Below, in pieces: positions 39,601 to 49,221 of a stretch of 64,000 nt of DNA. Source of the stretch: Longimicrobiales bacterium. Its GTDB lineage: Bacteria; Gemmatimonadota; Gemmatimonadetes; Longimicrobiales; Gaopeijiaceae. The translations under genes and the position numbers were made by a program. Where the stretch lies: the NCBI GenBank assembly GCA_965116905.1, contig OZ220732.1, positions 3,488,001-3,552,000 of the forward strand. The letters run 5' to 3'. The notes beneath the pieces were generated by a model. That model ran no database searches, was not told where the DNA came from, and saw only the letters and a program-made list of their open reading frames with translations. Numbering within the stretch: the first letter of the stretch is position 1; every line of letters begins with the position of its first letter.

Positions 39601-40166
39601 CTTTTGTGGACACCCTCTCCGTGGAGCCCGCGCTGGCGCTTCCGCCGATTCGGGCCGCAGCCGGCATCGGCGTGGCGGGCCTCGATCTGGCGCCGGGCGA
39701 TTCCCTGCTTCCCGGAATCACCGGATTCGGTGCCGACTCGGCTCAGTGGGTCGCTGAGAGCACGGGTTCCTGGGTGACTCTGACCGGTCAATCCGGGGGC
39801 GCGGCGGATCCGATTGCCTGGAGCCGCTCCGCCGAGTCGCTCGAACCCGGCGTGCATGAGGACACGATCATGGTCCGCGTGGCAGGACGGCCCGAGCTAC
39901 GGGGCATCATCGTGGACCGGTTCGATGTGCTCGAGCCGATTTCCGTGGAAGACGCCGCCCATCACCTGCTCGGCCTGGAGCGCCTCCTTCCGGGGCAGCC
40001 CGGCTTCCTGGACTGGCTGGGCAACCAGGACGGTGTCTTCAACGCCGGGGACGTTCTGAGGTGGCTGGATCACTGCCGGGCGACCGAGAACGGCTCCGGT
40101 TGTCGCCCCGCGACAACACCGGCTGCCCAACCGGCCGAGGAACTCCCCGGGAGACGGCGGCCATGA
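36678..40166 (+). CDS. Secreted BNR/sortilin-like beta-propeller protein with BACON-like domains and C-terminal dockerin-like tag
   Basis: Repeated RSxDGGxTW Asp-boxes; APWLTL motifs; LDWLGNQDGVFNAGDVLRWL; start approximate. Confidence 0.8.
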   Translation: MAVSSRARNVDEDGLSSLPFRWVPPTAVSILFASVLVLIPACGPRSVSAQEEEGMRAREGYYALRLYSGGSVNLSAALARARGLRPALPSAPGAASILSPRWRALGPEGTRSHGNRTSARVSSIAIHPTNPNVIYIGAAGGGVWRTDDAGATWRPLTDNECSLSMGSVAIDPVNPDIVYAGTGETPIGYSSYYGCGVLRSLDGGSSWEQLGGDVFVDRRLQGGARIKRVVINPSTAGSASSTVVLAASDYGVFRSEDSGRTWKLVLAHPRPGSGSAVIAMKPGDASVVYAGIPFHGGGIFRSMDGGMSWTDSSPDFAADGVARHTLRQLDLAVVPSAPDVLYASIRIEASPWLVFYRSDDGAETWRYLEAKGLVCRSCGFMALAVHPNDPERVYFGDVYLQLSEDGGRTFRQIDQPGYVDQQHIVFDTLSGPGVVYFANDGGLWRSGDGGMSVTSLSTNLAITQFYPGIALHPSDPGVTLGGTQDQGTQRSSAGTAIWDKVFGGDGGYAAFDAEDPDVWYNEIQWMPGSRASSASGPRRNGVLAASGIDQSEPGLFIPPLVMDPVDSRRLYFGTSRLYRTDDAAGTWTPLFTIPGGQREVTSAIAPSASDPNTVYIAAGTTLLGFKNEWRSLSRGVYVTRDGGETWSDKSAGLPDRRFIGDLAVHPADPDRAYAVVGGFGTGHVFETADGGDTWTDRTGNLPDVPVNAVLHDPADHEAIYVGTDLGVFYSSAGGDVWTLLSTGLPNVPVLELAAQPGTGRLVASTIGRGMFEIPIEVPLVARTRPAAIVDTVYAATDTTLAGTVIAAPFGRLDHAAAWSARASEAPWLTLDDGEGTGRGRFDYRIATGTGLAPGDHRATVTVTVAGADPIEVPVSLRAEYWSRIATDRAGGRTSVPAGHAEPVIDSLNVTLEGARADLTGWTATRAGARWAELVHASGTGSGTVGWQGDVSHLPVGVYVDTVFVAGVLAAGSPVAFVDTLSVEPALALPPIRAAAGIGVAGLDLAPGDSLLPGITGFGADSAQWVAESTGSWVTLTGQSGGAADPIAWSRSAESLEPGVHEDTIMVRVAGRPELRGIIVDRFDVLEPISVEDAAHHLLGLERLLPGQPGFLDWLGNQDGVFNAGDVLRWLDHCRATENGSGCRPATTPAAQPAEELPGRRRP

Positions 40167-40849
40167 AGCGTTACGCGGGGTGGCTGCTCCTGACCGTTTG
40201 CGTGATCGCCATGTCCTACTCGTGCGGCGACGGGGACGCCGCTGTCGTGCCCGAACCCCCCAACAGGGCACCAGCCGCCGCAGGTGCGATTCCTCCGCTG
40301 GAAACCGCCGCCACGGACACGGCGACGGTGGACGTGGCGGGCTACTTCACCGATCCGGATGGCGATGTCCTGACGTATGCGGCATCCAGTTCAGATCGGG
40401 CCGTGGTAACCGCGTCCGTCGCAGCAAGTGTCGTGTCGTTGATCGCGGGAACCGAGAAAGGCGTCGCTACGGTGACGGTCACGGCGCGCGACCCCGGCGG
40501 GCTGACAGCCGCCCAGAGCATCGCGGTCACGGTCGTCGGCAAACCCGGCTTCCTCCAGGTCGTTCTGGACTATCCCGAACCGAATGTCGGGGCCTTGGTG
40601 CTGTTCGTCGAGGGTCCGGCGCTCGACTCCTTGAGGGCCCCACCCCCACTGGAGGCCTACGATGTTGCTTTGCCCAGCGGCGTCGCGGTGTTCGTCGCCG
40701 GGGACATCCCGCAGTCGGGTGCGATCCTGACATTCTGGACCGAAGACTTCACCGAGTCGGACAGCTATGCGGCTTCGGTGACGCAGGGCGTCGGCAGGGA
40801 CTACGATCAGTTGAGCGTCGACGGGGCGGTGGCCCGTGTGGTGCCCTGA
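40163..40849 (+). CDS. Lipoprotein with cadherin-like and cohesin-like domains
   Basis: Lipobox SYSC, NRAP..FTDPDGD..LTY, EGPALDSLRAP; ATGA-coupled to upstream gene. Confidence 0.75.
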   Translation: MKRYAGWLLLTVCVIAMSYSCGDGDAAVVPEPPNRAPAAAGAIPPLETAATDTATVDVAGYFTDPDGDVLTYAASSSDRAVVTASVAASVVSLIAGTEKGVATVTVTARDPGGLTAAQSIAVTVVGKPGFLQVVLDYPEPNVGALVLFVEGPALDSLRAPPPLEAYDVALPSGVAVFVAGDIPQSGAILTFWTEDFTESDSYAASVTQGVGRDYDQLSVDGAVARVVP

Positions 40850-41180
40850 GCGGGTGTCAGGTCATTGGGGAACCGGCGCGGAGGGTGGCCGGCCCGGTTT
40901 CGGCAAGCTTGTTGACGGTCTTGGCGGGTACGGGCTGCGGTATGGATCGACCGACGGACGAGAATGCAGGTGCCGCGCGCGGCGGGGGCACGACGGTAGC
41001 GATCGCGGAACCGCTGGAGTTCTCTGACGCCCGTACCGTCGAGGTGCGCAGGGAAGGTCCAGGCGTGCCGGTGTGGAGTGCCGCCCCCGGCCCCGATCCC
41101 GCCGACGGCAGGTTCGTTCTCGATGGGCCCACCGGCGGGGCCGGCTCGAGATCCCGCTCACCGGAGGAGGTTTGCTTTCC

Positions 41181-41760
41181 ATGACCACGTCTTCGGCTCG
41201 CAACGCACCATTGCGGTCCGCGTGGCTTCCGTGTGCGGCCATCCTCGCCCTGGTCGTGACGCTTGCCTGCAGCGACGGCGCCACGGAATCCGCACCCCCC
41301 GACCCCCCGCGACCCACCACGGCGACGGTCAGCCCCGCCACCGCCCAGCTCACGGCGCTCGGCGCGACCGTGCAACAAAGCGCGGAGGTGCGCGACCAGA
41401 ATGGCAGCGTCATGGCGGGCGCCACGATCAACTGGCCGAGCACCGCCCCCGCCGTGGGCCGGGGACGCGTCGGGGCTGGTGACGGCCGCCGCCAAACGGG
41501 ACGGCGGAGATCACGGCGGCCGCAGGCGAACCACGGCGGTGACGGTGATGCAGGAGGTGAGCGCGGTCGCGGTCGCACCGGCGGCCGACACGCTGGTGGC
41601 CTGGGGCGACACGGTGGGCCTGACGGCCGAGGCGACCGACGCGAACGGCCATTCGGTCGATGGCGCGCAGTTCAGCTGGTCGTCGAGCGACGTTTCCGTG
41701 GCTACGGTGGACGCGCCCTTCGTGCGATCGGCAAGGCTCGAAACTCCGCCGCATGCAACC
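41181..41760 (+). pseudogene. Frameshifted, truncated Ig-like/LRR lipoprotein N-terminus
   Basis: Closely similar to the 5' end of the gene at 32623 but with frame breaks; ends at IS110 remnant. Confidence 0.75.
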
Positions 41761-41772
41761 AACTGCCACCTG

Positions 41773-42465
41773 CTCCCTTTGAGGCAGCACAGTCGGCCGA
41801 CCGCTTCCTTGTAGAACGGCTCCAGCGCCAGCGCCTCGATCTGGCGGTCCAGCTCGTCGCGGCGGTCCACCTTGTAGTCCAGTAGCGCCAGATACTCGCC
41901 GAATGCCACCTGGTCCTCGGCCTCCCGCTGGAACGCTCCCCGACAGCGCACCAGATCGCGCACCCGTTCCTCCCGCTCCGTCGGTACTCGGATCGTCACC
42001 AGTTCTCCCGCCCGGTAGAGCCTCGCGAGTTTCTCGGCGTCCTTCCGGTCGTGCTTGCGCCGCTCGCCCGGGCGCCGAGGGATCAGCGACGGGGCCACGA
42101 TCTCGCAAGCGTGGCCCCACGCCCGGATCTTCCGCTCCAGCACGTAGCCCGCGCCGCTCGCTTCGTGGCACGCGCGAACCTCGTGTTCCCGGGCCAGGCG
42201 GTCCAGCATCAGCCTGATGCCCAGCGGATCGTGAGACAGACGCTTCACCAGCGTCGGCTCCCGCGCTCCCTCGGGCAGCACCGCGATCGTCACCGTGTCC
42301 TTGTGCACATCCATCCCGACGTACACCTTCGTCTTCTTCTTCATAGGGCGGGTCTCCGGTCCCGGTTAGCGACCTGAAGCGTCGCTTGTGGCTCTGGCAC
42401 CTCCGCTCACCGTCGGCGCTAACCCACGGTAAGCCGGCAGGGGCCGGCCCTTCCATATGTTCTAG
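41773..42465 (-). mobile_element. IS110-family remnant (truncated DEDD recombinase, ATG 42344, plus upstream non-coding end)
   Basis: VGMDVHK, HEAS, KHDRKDA RuvC motifs; internal deletion at ~41922; C-terminal domain absent. Confidence 0.85.
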
Positions 42466-42614
42466 AAATGCCGGACGCGTTTGGTCCCGATGGCCTCGTC
42501 GCGTTGGTCGCAACGGACTAGCTTGATGTGCCGGTGATCACGGTCAGGCGGTTGCCGCGCCAGTCCGGTAGCCGGGTTCAACGATTCCGGGGTTGGCCGC
42601 TCGTCCGGGTTCTC

Positions 42615-45600
42615 TCAGCGCGAGATCACGACCGCGTATTCCCTCGGATCGCGCAGCGTGTAGTCCTCGCGCGCTACCTGCAGAAGCCGCGCCCTGTAGT
42701 GACCGTGGGCACCCACATGAGGTACCCAGACCTCGAGAACCGGCCCGCTGCCCAACGCTCCCGCGACGATTGCCGCCGTCCCGGTGGGGGAGGATTCGTC
42801 GGCCTGGATCAATTCGCGGCCTGGAGCGCGCAGCGAATCGACGGCGGGACCCTCGATCAGGATCATGGCGCCGGCCGCGCGGGCTCCGGATGGGGCCTCA
42901 AGCGTGACGAGCAGCCGCCCGGGCTGCAGTTCCGCCGGAGCGTCCGCCGATTGCGGTTGAACCGGGTCGTCGCCGAGGCCGCAAGCCCAAGCCCCGGCGA
43001 TCAGGGCCAGCACCAGGATCCGCAGCCATGACGAAGCGCTTCGGAAGCGTGGTGGGCAACGGCCCGCACGTCCCCGCGCCGTCTTCCGGCGCCTTGTCCG
43101 CCAGCGTTGGCCGGCCGCCGCGCCCGGCGCCATGATCGCACCGGGTAGCACCGCCCCGTCCGGAACCGATGCACGGCCGCAGCGCGCCTCGCCCCGGCGG
43201 CAGCGCGCGCGCCAGGCAAGCAGGTCCCCGAGGTCGTAGCGGCCGTTGCGGTTGCCCAGACGGTCCAGGGCCTCAAGCCGCGCCTCGCCGAGTTCCATAT
43301 CACCGAACAGGGCGGCTGCGGCGGCCTCAGGCGTGACGTCTTCGAGGAAAAGCAGCGCCTCGGAGTTGTCCCCTCCGGACTCATCTTCTCCGTCGCTGTC
43401 GCTCGCACTTGAAGCATCGGACGACTGATTCGCGGCCTTCGGCGTTGCTTCCACCTCGGCCGTTGGCTCGCCCAGGATATCACCCGCCACGGCTCGCACT
43501 TGAAATCTGTAACTGATCCCGTTCGCCAGCCGGAATCCGTGCGTCTGGCGGCCGATTTTCCAGTACCAGTACTTGACGGTCTGACGGGTCGAGCTTTCAG
43601 TGGGATACCATCCCGATTCGCTGGCGGTCGGCGCCGCTTGTTGGTAGCGACAATCCGTCGGCGTTATCACCCGGCAAAAGCGGTACTCGTATCCCGTGAT
43701 CTCACCGTCGTATTCCGGGGCCCTCCAGGTCAGGGTGACCTGTTCGTTGCCTGCCTCCGCCTGAAAGTCAGTCGGCGCCCCAAGTACCGCGGGCGCCGCC
43801 AGAACGGTCACGTTCGTCTCGTCCTCCGCGAAAAGGCCTCCCGCGTCCGTCACGCGCAGCCGGAAGGTCAGCATCTCGTCCGCCGCCAGATCCGAGGGTG
43901 CGCTGAACGTCGCCTCGGCCGACGAGGCCGACGCCAGCGTCACGCTCGTGCCCGCCGTCTGGTTCCAGGCGTAGGTGATGGTTTCGTCCGCGTCGGGATC
44001 CGAGCCGGAGCCGCTCAGCGTCACCGTCGCACCGCCCTCGATATCCGTCTGGTCCGAACCGGCGTCCACGCTCGGCGCCTCGTTCCGGTTGGCGAGCGTC
44101 ACCGTCACGTCCGCCGTGTCGCTGCTCGTCCCGTCGCTGACCGCCACCGTGACGTCGTAGGTCCCGTCGGTACCGTTGTCGTCCGGGTTCTCGTAGTCCT
44201 TCGCCGAGTCGAAGCTCAGCGCGCCGGCCGCCGTCAGCTCGAACTGGCTTTCGTCGGTGCCGCCCGCGAGCGACCATGCCAGATCCTCCGCGGCGGTGTC
44301 CTCGTCGGTCGCGCTCAGCGTCCCCACCGCGGTATCGCCCTCGGTCACCGTGAACGAGGTGGAGCCGGTCACCTCCGGGGCCGCCGTCTCCGTTGTCGCG
44401 CTCGCCGTCTGCGTCGGACCCGCACCCACGCTGTTGAGCGCCGAGATCCGGTAGTGTTTCGTCGTCCCCGGCCCGAGGCCCGTGTGCGCGTAGCTGGTCC
44501 TGCCGTGGCTCGCCGCCAGATCGCTCCAGCCCGTGGTGCCGCCGTCGGAGACCTCCACCCTGTAGCCCGTGACCGCCGACCCGCCATGGCTGGACGGCGC
44601 GTCCCAGGACACGTCGATCCGCGTCTGCCCGTTCGCCGTCGCCACCAGGTTCCGAACCGCGCCCGGCGGCGCCGCAGTTGCGTCGTCGTCGACGATCGTG
44701 CCGGTAACCGGGGAGCTGGGCAGTATCACGTTCTTTGGTTTCGTGAGGGCGATCTGGAACGTCTCGTCGTCCTCCTCCACGGAGTCGCCGATAATCAGCA
44801 CTTTGAACGTCTTCTGCGTCTGGCATCTCTTCCCCGAGATGATCTGCTGTTGGGGACGTTGGAGGTCGTCATTGCCCATAGCGGCTGTACTTGCGCCCTG
44901 GACGTGGTCGGCGCGTGGACACAGTGATGCTTCTACCTGATTCGTCGATTTCACGACCCTGTAGTCCTCACCCTCCGTCGCCGTGCCGCCAACGACATCG
45001 ACGTAGTAGATTATCTCCTGCCCGGACGGCGGCGAGGCCTTGGCCGTGAAGGTCATGGTCCTGGTGCCCGCATCGCCTTCGGTGATTACCCGATTCTCAA
45101 TCGTCAGCTGGGGTGGCGGGTCGTCGTCCAGGATGTAACCGATTGCCGATTCCGTCTGGATGTCGGCGTTGACCGCGTTGGAGAGATGCAGCATCAATCT
45201 CTCGGCATCAAGCTCGTCCACCCGGTCGCCATTGACCAGCACGTCAACGGTCTTCTCCGTCTCGCCCGGCCCGAAGGTGAGCGTTAGCCCCGTTACCGGC
45301 TGGTAGTCCGGTCCGCCCGGTCGCGAGAAGTCCGTTCTTGCCGTGATGTCTCCCGGGGCGGGTCCGGTGTTGACCTCCACCTTGACGATCGTGTCGCTCG
45401 CTGGCGAAAGCGTCACTGTGAAGGTGAGGTTCCGCGTGCCCGTGTCACCCTCATCCACTTCTGCGTAGTCCACTGTCAGCTTCGGCGCCGCGACCACCGC
45501 CAGGACGGTCACGTTCGTCTCGTCCTCCGCGAAAAGGCCTCCCGCGTCCGTTACGCGCAGCCGGAAGGTCAGCGTCTCGTCCGCCGCCAGATCCGAGGGC

Positions 45601-48212
45601 GCGCTGAACGTCGCCTCGGCCGACGAGGCCGACGCCAGCGTCACGCTCGTGCCCGCCGTCTGGCTCCAGGCGTAGGTGAGGGTCTCGTCTGCGTCCGGAT
45701 CCGAGCCGGAGCCGCTCAGCGTCACGGTCGCGCCGCCCTCGATATCCGTCTGGTCGCTCCCGGCGTTCGCGCTCGGCGCCTCGTTCCGGTTGGCGAGCGT
45801 CACCGTCACGTCCGCCGTGTCGCTGCTCGTCCCGTCGCTGACCGCGACCGTGATGTCGTAGGTCCCGTCGGTACCGTTGTCGTCCGGGTTCTCGTAGTCC
45901 TTCGCCGAGTCGAAGCTCAGCACGCCGGCCGCCGTCAGCGCGAACTGGCTTTCATCGGTGCCGCCCGCGAGCGACCATGCCAGATCCTCCGCGGCGGTGT
46001 CCTCGTCGGTCGCGCTCAGCGTCCCCACCGCGGTATCGCCCTCGGTCACCGTGAACGAGGTGGAGCCGGTCACCTCCGGGGCCGCCGGCGGTGGCGGGTC
46101 CTCCAGCCCGAAGCGGATCCGGTACGCCGTGGCACCGTCCTCGACCGCCTCGACCCGAATGTAGTAGGTGCCCGTGTCCAGCGTCGTCTTAAGCCACTCG
46201 ACCGTCGCGTCGGCCGGCGGCGGCCACGACTTGATCAGCGCGTTGCCCGAGGCGTCCTCGAGCGTCGCGTCGAGGTCGATCGTCTGGTCGCGCACGCCGA
46301 GACCCAGCACCTGGCGCTCGTCCAGCGTGAAGACGTAGTAGTCGATGCTGTCGCCCGCCGCCCTTTCGAGCGAGTCGGTCACCAATCGGTGAACCGTGCG
46401 GCGCGGCCTCGCGGGCAGCCTGGTGGCCCCCTCGCGGGTGCCGTCGGGGTCGAAGGGCGCGGCCAGGACGGTTACGTCCGTGTCGTCCTCGTCGAAAAGG
46501 CCTCCCGAATCCGTCACGCGCAGCCGGAAGGTCAGCGTCTCATCCGCCGTCAGGTCCGAGGGCGCGCTGAACGTCGTCTCCACCGAGGAGGGCGACGCCA
46601 GCGTCACGGTCGTGCCCGCCGTCTGGCTCCAGGCGTAGCTCAGAGTCTCGTCCGCGTCCGGATCCGAGCCGGAGCCGCCCAGCGTCACCGTCGCGCCGCC
46701 CTCGATGTCCGTCTGGTCCGAGCCGGCGTCCGCCGCAGGCGCCTCGTTCCGGTTGGCGAGCGTCACCGTCACGTCCGCCGTGTCACTGCTCGTGCCGTCG
46801 CTGACCTCGACCGTGACGTCGTAGGTCCCGTCGGACCCGCTGTCGTCCGGGTTCTCGTAGTCCTTCGCCGAGTCGAAGCTCAGCACGCCGGCCGCCGTCA
46901 GCGCGAACTGGCTTTCGTCGGTGCCGCCCGCGAGCGACCATGCCAGATCCTCCGCGGCGGTGTCCTCGTCGGTCGCGCTCAGCGTCCCCACTGCGGTCTC
47001 GCCCTCGGTCACCGTGAACGAGGTAGAACCGGTCACCACCGGGGCCTCGTCGTCGTCAACGGAGGGCAGTACCTCCACGGGCAAGTCGGCAGCCTTCACA
47101 AGCGCGATACCGGCATGGTACAACGGCAGCACGTGCTCCTGACCGCCCCGGGTCCGGAGCCGCCTCGGGTCAACATCGGTCGCTCGCAGATCGACGATGT
47201 CCACAATTACGGCCGCGGTGGTGCCGGCCGCACGGGTGACGGTAAGGGTGTCGCTCTGCACGCGGCCGACGGGTATCGTGATCGTGTCGCTTGCGATGGT
47301 CCCGTTGGTCACGTCGAGAGCCACTTTCAAGTCAAACGGGGTGCCGACGGGCACGACCACCTTGAATCGTCCCTGCCCGAGCGCTTGCAGCGAAAACTCG
47401 ATGGGAATGGGAGCTCCCCCGGCGCAATGCGTCCTGGTCCAGCATACGCTGAGGTGCCTGAGATCGGGATCGCCCGGGTTGTTGTACAAGTGTAGATCGT
47501 TGAATCCGGGACTCGATACGCCGGCAAAGAACCCGGCCGGAAGCTCGGTGAGTTCGTTGTTCCGGACCCACAGTTCGACGAGATCTCGCACTGGTACCAG
47601 GAGATCGGACAGCAGCGCGGTGAGGTCGTTGTTGTCGAGGTAGAGCACCTGGAGGTTCGACATCCCGGCGAGCAATCCGGACGGAAGAGTGGTGAGGTCG
47701 TTGTCGTACAGATTGAGAGTCCGCACCGAAGACAACCCGGCGAAATCTCCCGCACTCAACGAGGTGATTTCACTCGAGTTCAGCTTGAGTTCGCCGGTGA
47801 TCCCTGTCAGATGAGCATTCGTTACGTCCGCGCAGTCGCTGATACCGTCGATCCGCGCCACAATAGCCTCGCGGACCTGCCTCGTGCGGGCGCAGATACC
47901 TGTTGTATCGCCATCGAGCGCCGTTCTCACCGCGCTCACCGCGCTCGGACCGGCCTTGGCAACGCCTTTCGTGACCCGTAGCGCGGCCGGGGCAGGCGAG
48001 CCGATGAACTGCGCATCCGCGGCGGGGGCGAGCAATACAGCGCACAGCGCTGCCAGGAAGGTCGGCGCCGCAACGCGCGGCCACGGCGTTCTCGGGAGAC
48101 GATTCTCGTGCCCGCGTACTGCTCGGGGTGGGGCGACAAGCGCCACCAAAGTGGCAACCCCCCGCCGGTGCGCAGGGCATCCCGGATGCCGGACAACGGT
48201 GTCAACTGCCAT
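42615..48212 (-). CDS. Giant adhesin-like protein: LRR, 3x cadherin+PKD, Calx-beta, FN3, dockerin-like tag, internal lipoprotein signal, cohesin-like domain
   Basis: Domain motifs in the 1865-aa ORF (DYENPDD, NEAPxAxAGSDQ, DSVEEDDETF, WDAPSSHGGS). Confidence 0.85.
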   Translation of the reverse strand: MAVDTVVRHPGCPAHRRGVATLVALVAPPRAVRGHENRLPRTPWPRVAAPTFLAALCAVLLAPAADAQFIGSPAPAALRVTKGVAKAGPSAVSAVRTALDGDTTGICARTRQVREAIVARIDGISDCADVTNAHLTGITGELKLNSSEITSLSAGDFAGLSSVRTLNLYDNDLTTLPSGLLAGMSNLQVLYLDNNDLTALLSDLLVPVRDLVELWVRNNELTELPAGFFAGVSSPGFNDLHLYNNPGDPDLRHLSVCWTRTHCAGGAPIPIEFSLQALGQGRFKVVVPVGTPFDLKVALDVTNGTIASDTITIPVGRVQSDTLTVTRAAGTTAAVIVDIVDLRATDVDPRRLRTRGGQEHVLPLYHAGIALVKAADLPVEVLPSVDDDEAPVVTGSTSFTVTEGETAVGTLSATDEDTAAEDLAWSLAGGTDESQFALTAAGVLSFDSAKDYENPDDSGSDGTYDVTVEVSDGTSSDTADVTVTLANRNEAPAADAGSDQTDIEGGATVTLGGSGSDPDADETLSYAWSQTAGTTVTLASPSSVETTFSAPSDLTADETLTFRLRVTDSGGLFDEDDTDVTVLAAPFDPDGTREGATRLPARPRRTVHRLVTDSLERAAGDSIDYYVFTLDERQVLGLGVRDQTIDLDATLEDASGNALIKSWPPPADATVEWLKTTLDTGTYYIRVEAVEDGATAYRIRFGLEDPPPPAAPEVTGSTSFTVTEGDTAVGTLSATDEDTAAEDLAWSLAGGTDESQFALTAAGVLSFDSAKDYENPDDNGTDGTYDITVAVSDGTSSDTADVTVTLANRNEAPSANAGSDQTDIEGGATVTLSGSGSDPDADETLTYAWSQTAGTSVTLASASSAEATFSAPSDLAADETLTFRLRVTDAGGLFAEDETNVTVLAVVAAPKLTVDYAEVDEGDTGTRNLTFTVTLSPASDTIVKVEVNTGPAPGDITARTDFSRPGGPDYQPVTGLTLTFGPGETEKTVDVLVNGDRVDELDAERLMLHLSNAVNADIQTESAIGYILDDDPPPQLTIENRVITEGDAGTRTMTFTAKASPPSGQEIIYYVDVVGGTATEGEDYRVVKSTNQVEASLCPRADHVQGASTAAMGNDDLQRPQQQIISGKRCQTQKTFKVLIIGDSVEEDDETFQIALTKPKNVILPSSPVTGTIVDDDATAAPPGAVRNLVATANGQTRIDVSWDAPSSHGGSAVTGYRVEVSDGGTTGWSDLAASHGRTSYAHTGLGPGTTKHYRISALNSVGAGPTQTASATTETAAPEVTGSTSFTVTEGDTAVGTLSATDEDTAAEDLAWSLAGGTDESQFELTAAGALSFDSAKDYENPDDNGTDGTYDVTVAVSDGTSSDTADVTVTLANRNEAPSVDAGSDQTDIEGGATVTLSGSGSDPDADETITYAWNQTAGTSVTLASASSAEATFSAPSDLAADEMLTFRLRVTDAGGLFAEDETNVTVLAAPAVLGAPTDFQAEAGNEQVTLTWRAPEYDGEITGYEYRFCRVITPTDCRYQQAAPTASESGWYPTESSTRQTVKYWYWKIGRQTHGFRLANGISYRFQVRAVAGDILGEPTAEVEATPKAANQSSDASSASDSDGEDESGGDNSEALLFLEDVTPEAAAAALFGDMELGEARLEALDRLGNRNGRYDLGDLLAWRARCRRGEARCGRASVPDGAVLPGAIMAPGAAAGQRWRTRRRKTARGRAGRCPPRFRSASSWLRILVLALIAGAWACGLGDDPVQPQSADAPAELQPGRLLVTLEAPSGARAAGAMILIEGPAVDSLRAPGRELIQADESSPTGTAAIVAGALGSGPVLEVWVPHVGAHGHYRARLLQVAREDYTLRDPREYAVVISR
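43800..47045. repeat. Three ~585-bp near-identical cadherin+PKD modules (approx. 43800-44385, 45500-46085, 46460-47045)
   Basis: Repeated DNA and VTGSTSFTVTEG...TxVTVLA peptide. Confidence 0.85.
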
Positions 48213-48336
48213 TTCCGCCTCTGTTGGTTGCAGCGGTCATGATGGCCCATCGCCGTCCGCACCCACGCGGATGGTCGTATATAGTCGGCGTATTATGCCG
48301 GAACCAACTATCGTAGCGAGTCGAACCGATTGGGCG

Positions 48337-48355
48337 CGCCTCCCAAAAAGGGGGG
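48337..48355 (-). promoter_or_regulatory. Candidate LuxR-type operator
   Basis: CCCCCCTTTTTGGGAGGCG ~125 bp upstream of the adhesin start. Confidence 0.5.
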
Positions 48356-48499
48356 CATGGCCCTTCGTGGCTGCTACGGGGCGAGGACATCCGGCACGAC
48401 TGGGGCCCGCAGTACAGGGCCAGCCAGTCCCAGGCCGAGATCACGTGGCTCGGCATCCGCTCCACACCCACCTACGTGGGAGAGCCGGAGTGCAACGGC

Positions 48500-48790
48500 G
48501 TCGCGGAGCGCGAGCAGGCGCCGCATCATCACTTCCGGCGACATGATCCGGCGGCGGGGTGGTCTCGGGCACCAAGCGCCTTGTAGATCCTGCGACCGTG
48601 GATCCGGCGAGGCCGGTTGGCCGATGCCATTGATGCCGGGCGGCTTCTCCTCGATGGCCACGCACAGCGCGACGAGCTTGCGGACGGCGCGGCCAACCTC
48701 GTCGTGGTGGCACCCGAGGAAGCTCGTCCACTGCGCACCGGTGAACACGCCCCCGTGGCAAACAGGCCAAGGCGATCCACTGAGCCCGCC
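48500..48790 (-). pseudogene. Decayed paralogue of the 584-1504 T4SS-associated gene
   Basis: VCHGGVFTGAQW..FL..HH...R.V..L....EE..PGI.GIG ... SPEVMMRRLLAL. Confidence 0.7.
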
Positions 48791-49221
48791 GTCCGGTCCA
48801 GCCGAGGGCTCCAGCACCTTCACGCGTACCTTGAAGTGGGCGAGCGCTTCGCTAGCCGCCGAGTTGAACCGCTGCTTCTGCGTGTCCATGCCCGAAACGG
48901 TGAGAAACCGCTTGCAGCGCGGGTCAACCTGCGGGCAACGTACTGATGTTCCACGAAGTTTCGGAACGTCTTGAAGGGTATCCGGGCCGTTGGACACCGG
49001 TGCCAGCGGCTTGCCGGAACGCCTCCCGCGGGGGCACCCCGACCGGGTATCGACGCGGCAGTCCAAGCGGCCGATGCGGTTGGCTCCGATGACCACACCC
49101 TGGGCTTCTAGAACCGTCCCATCCGGTTACCCCCGCCGGACGCTTCTAGGGGTCCGGAAACACGCGTCCAGGCGTCGCTCGGTCGTGGTCGCCGGACATC
49201 GTCTCACGTCTGCCGAGTCCG

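Noticed and set aside
15767..48212. Diversity-generating retroelement acting on repeat proteins
   Set aside because: No reverse transcriptase; repeats are in-frame domain duplications without visible adenine-specific variation
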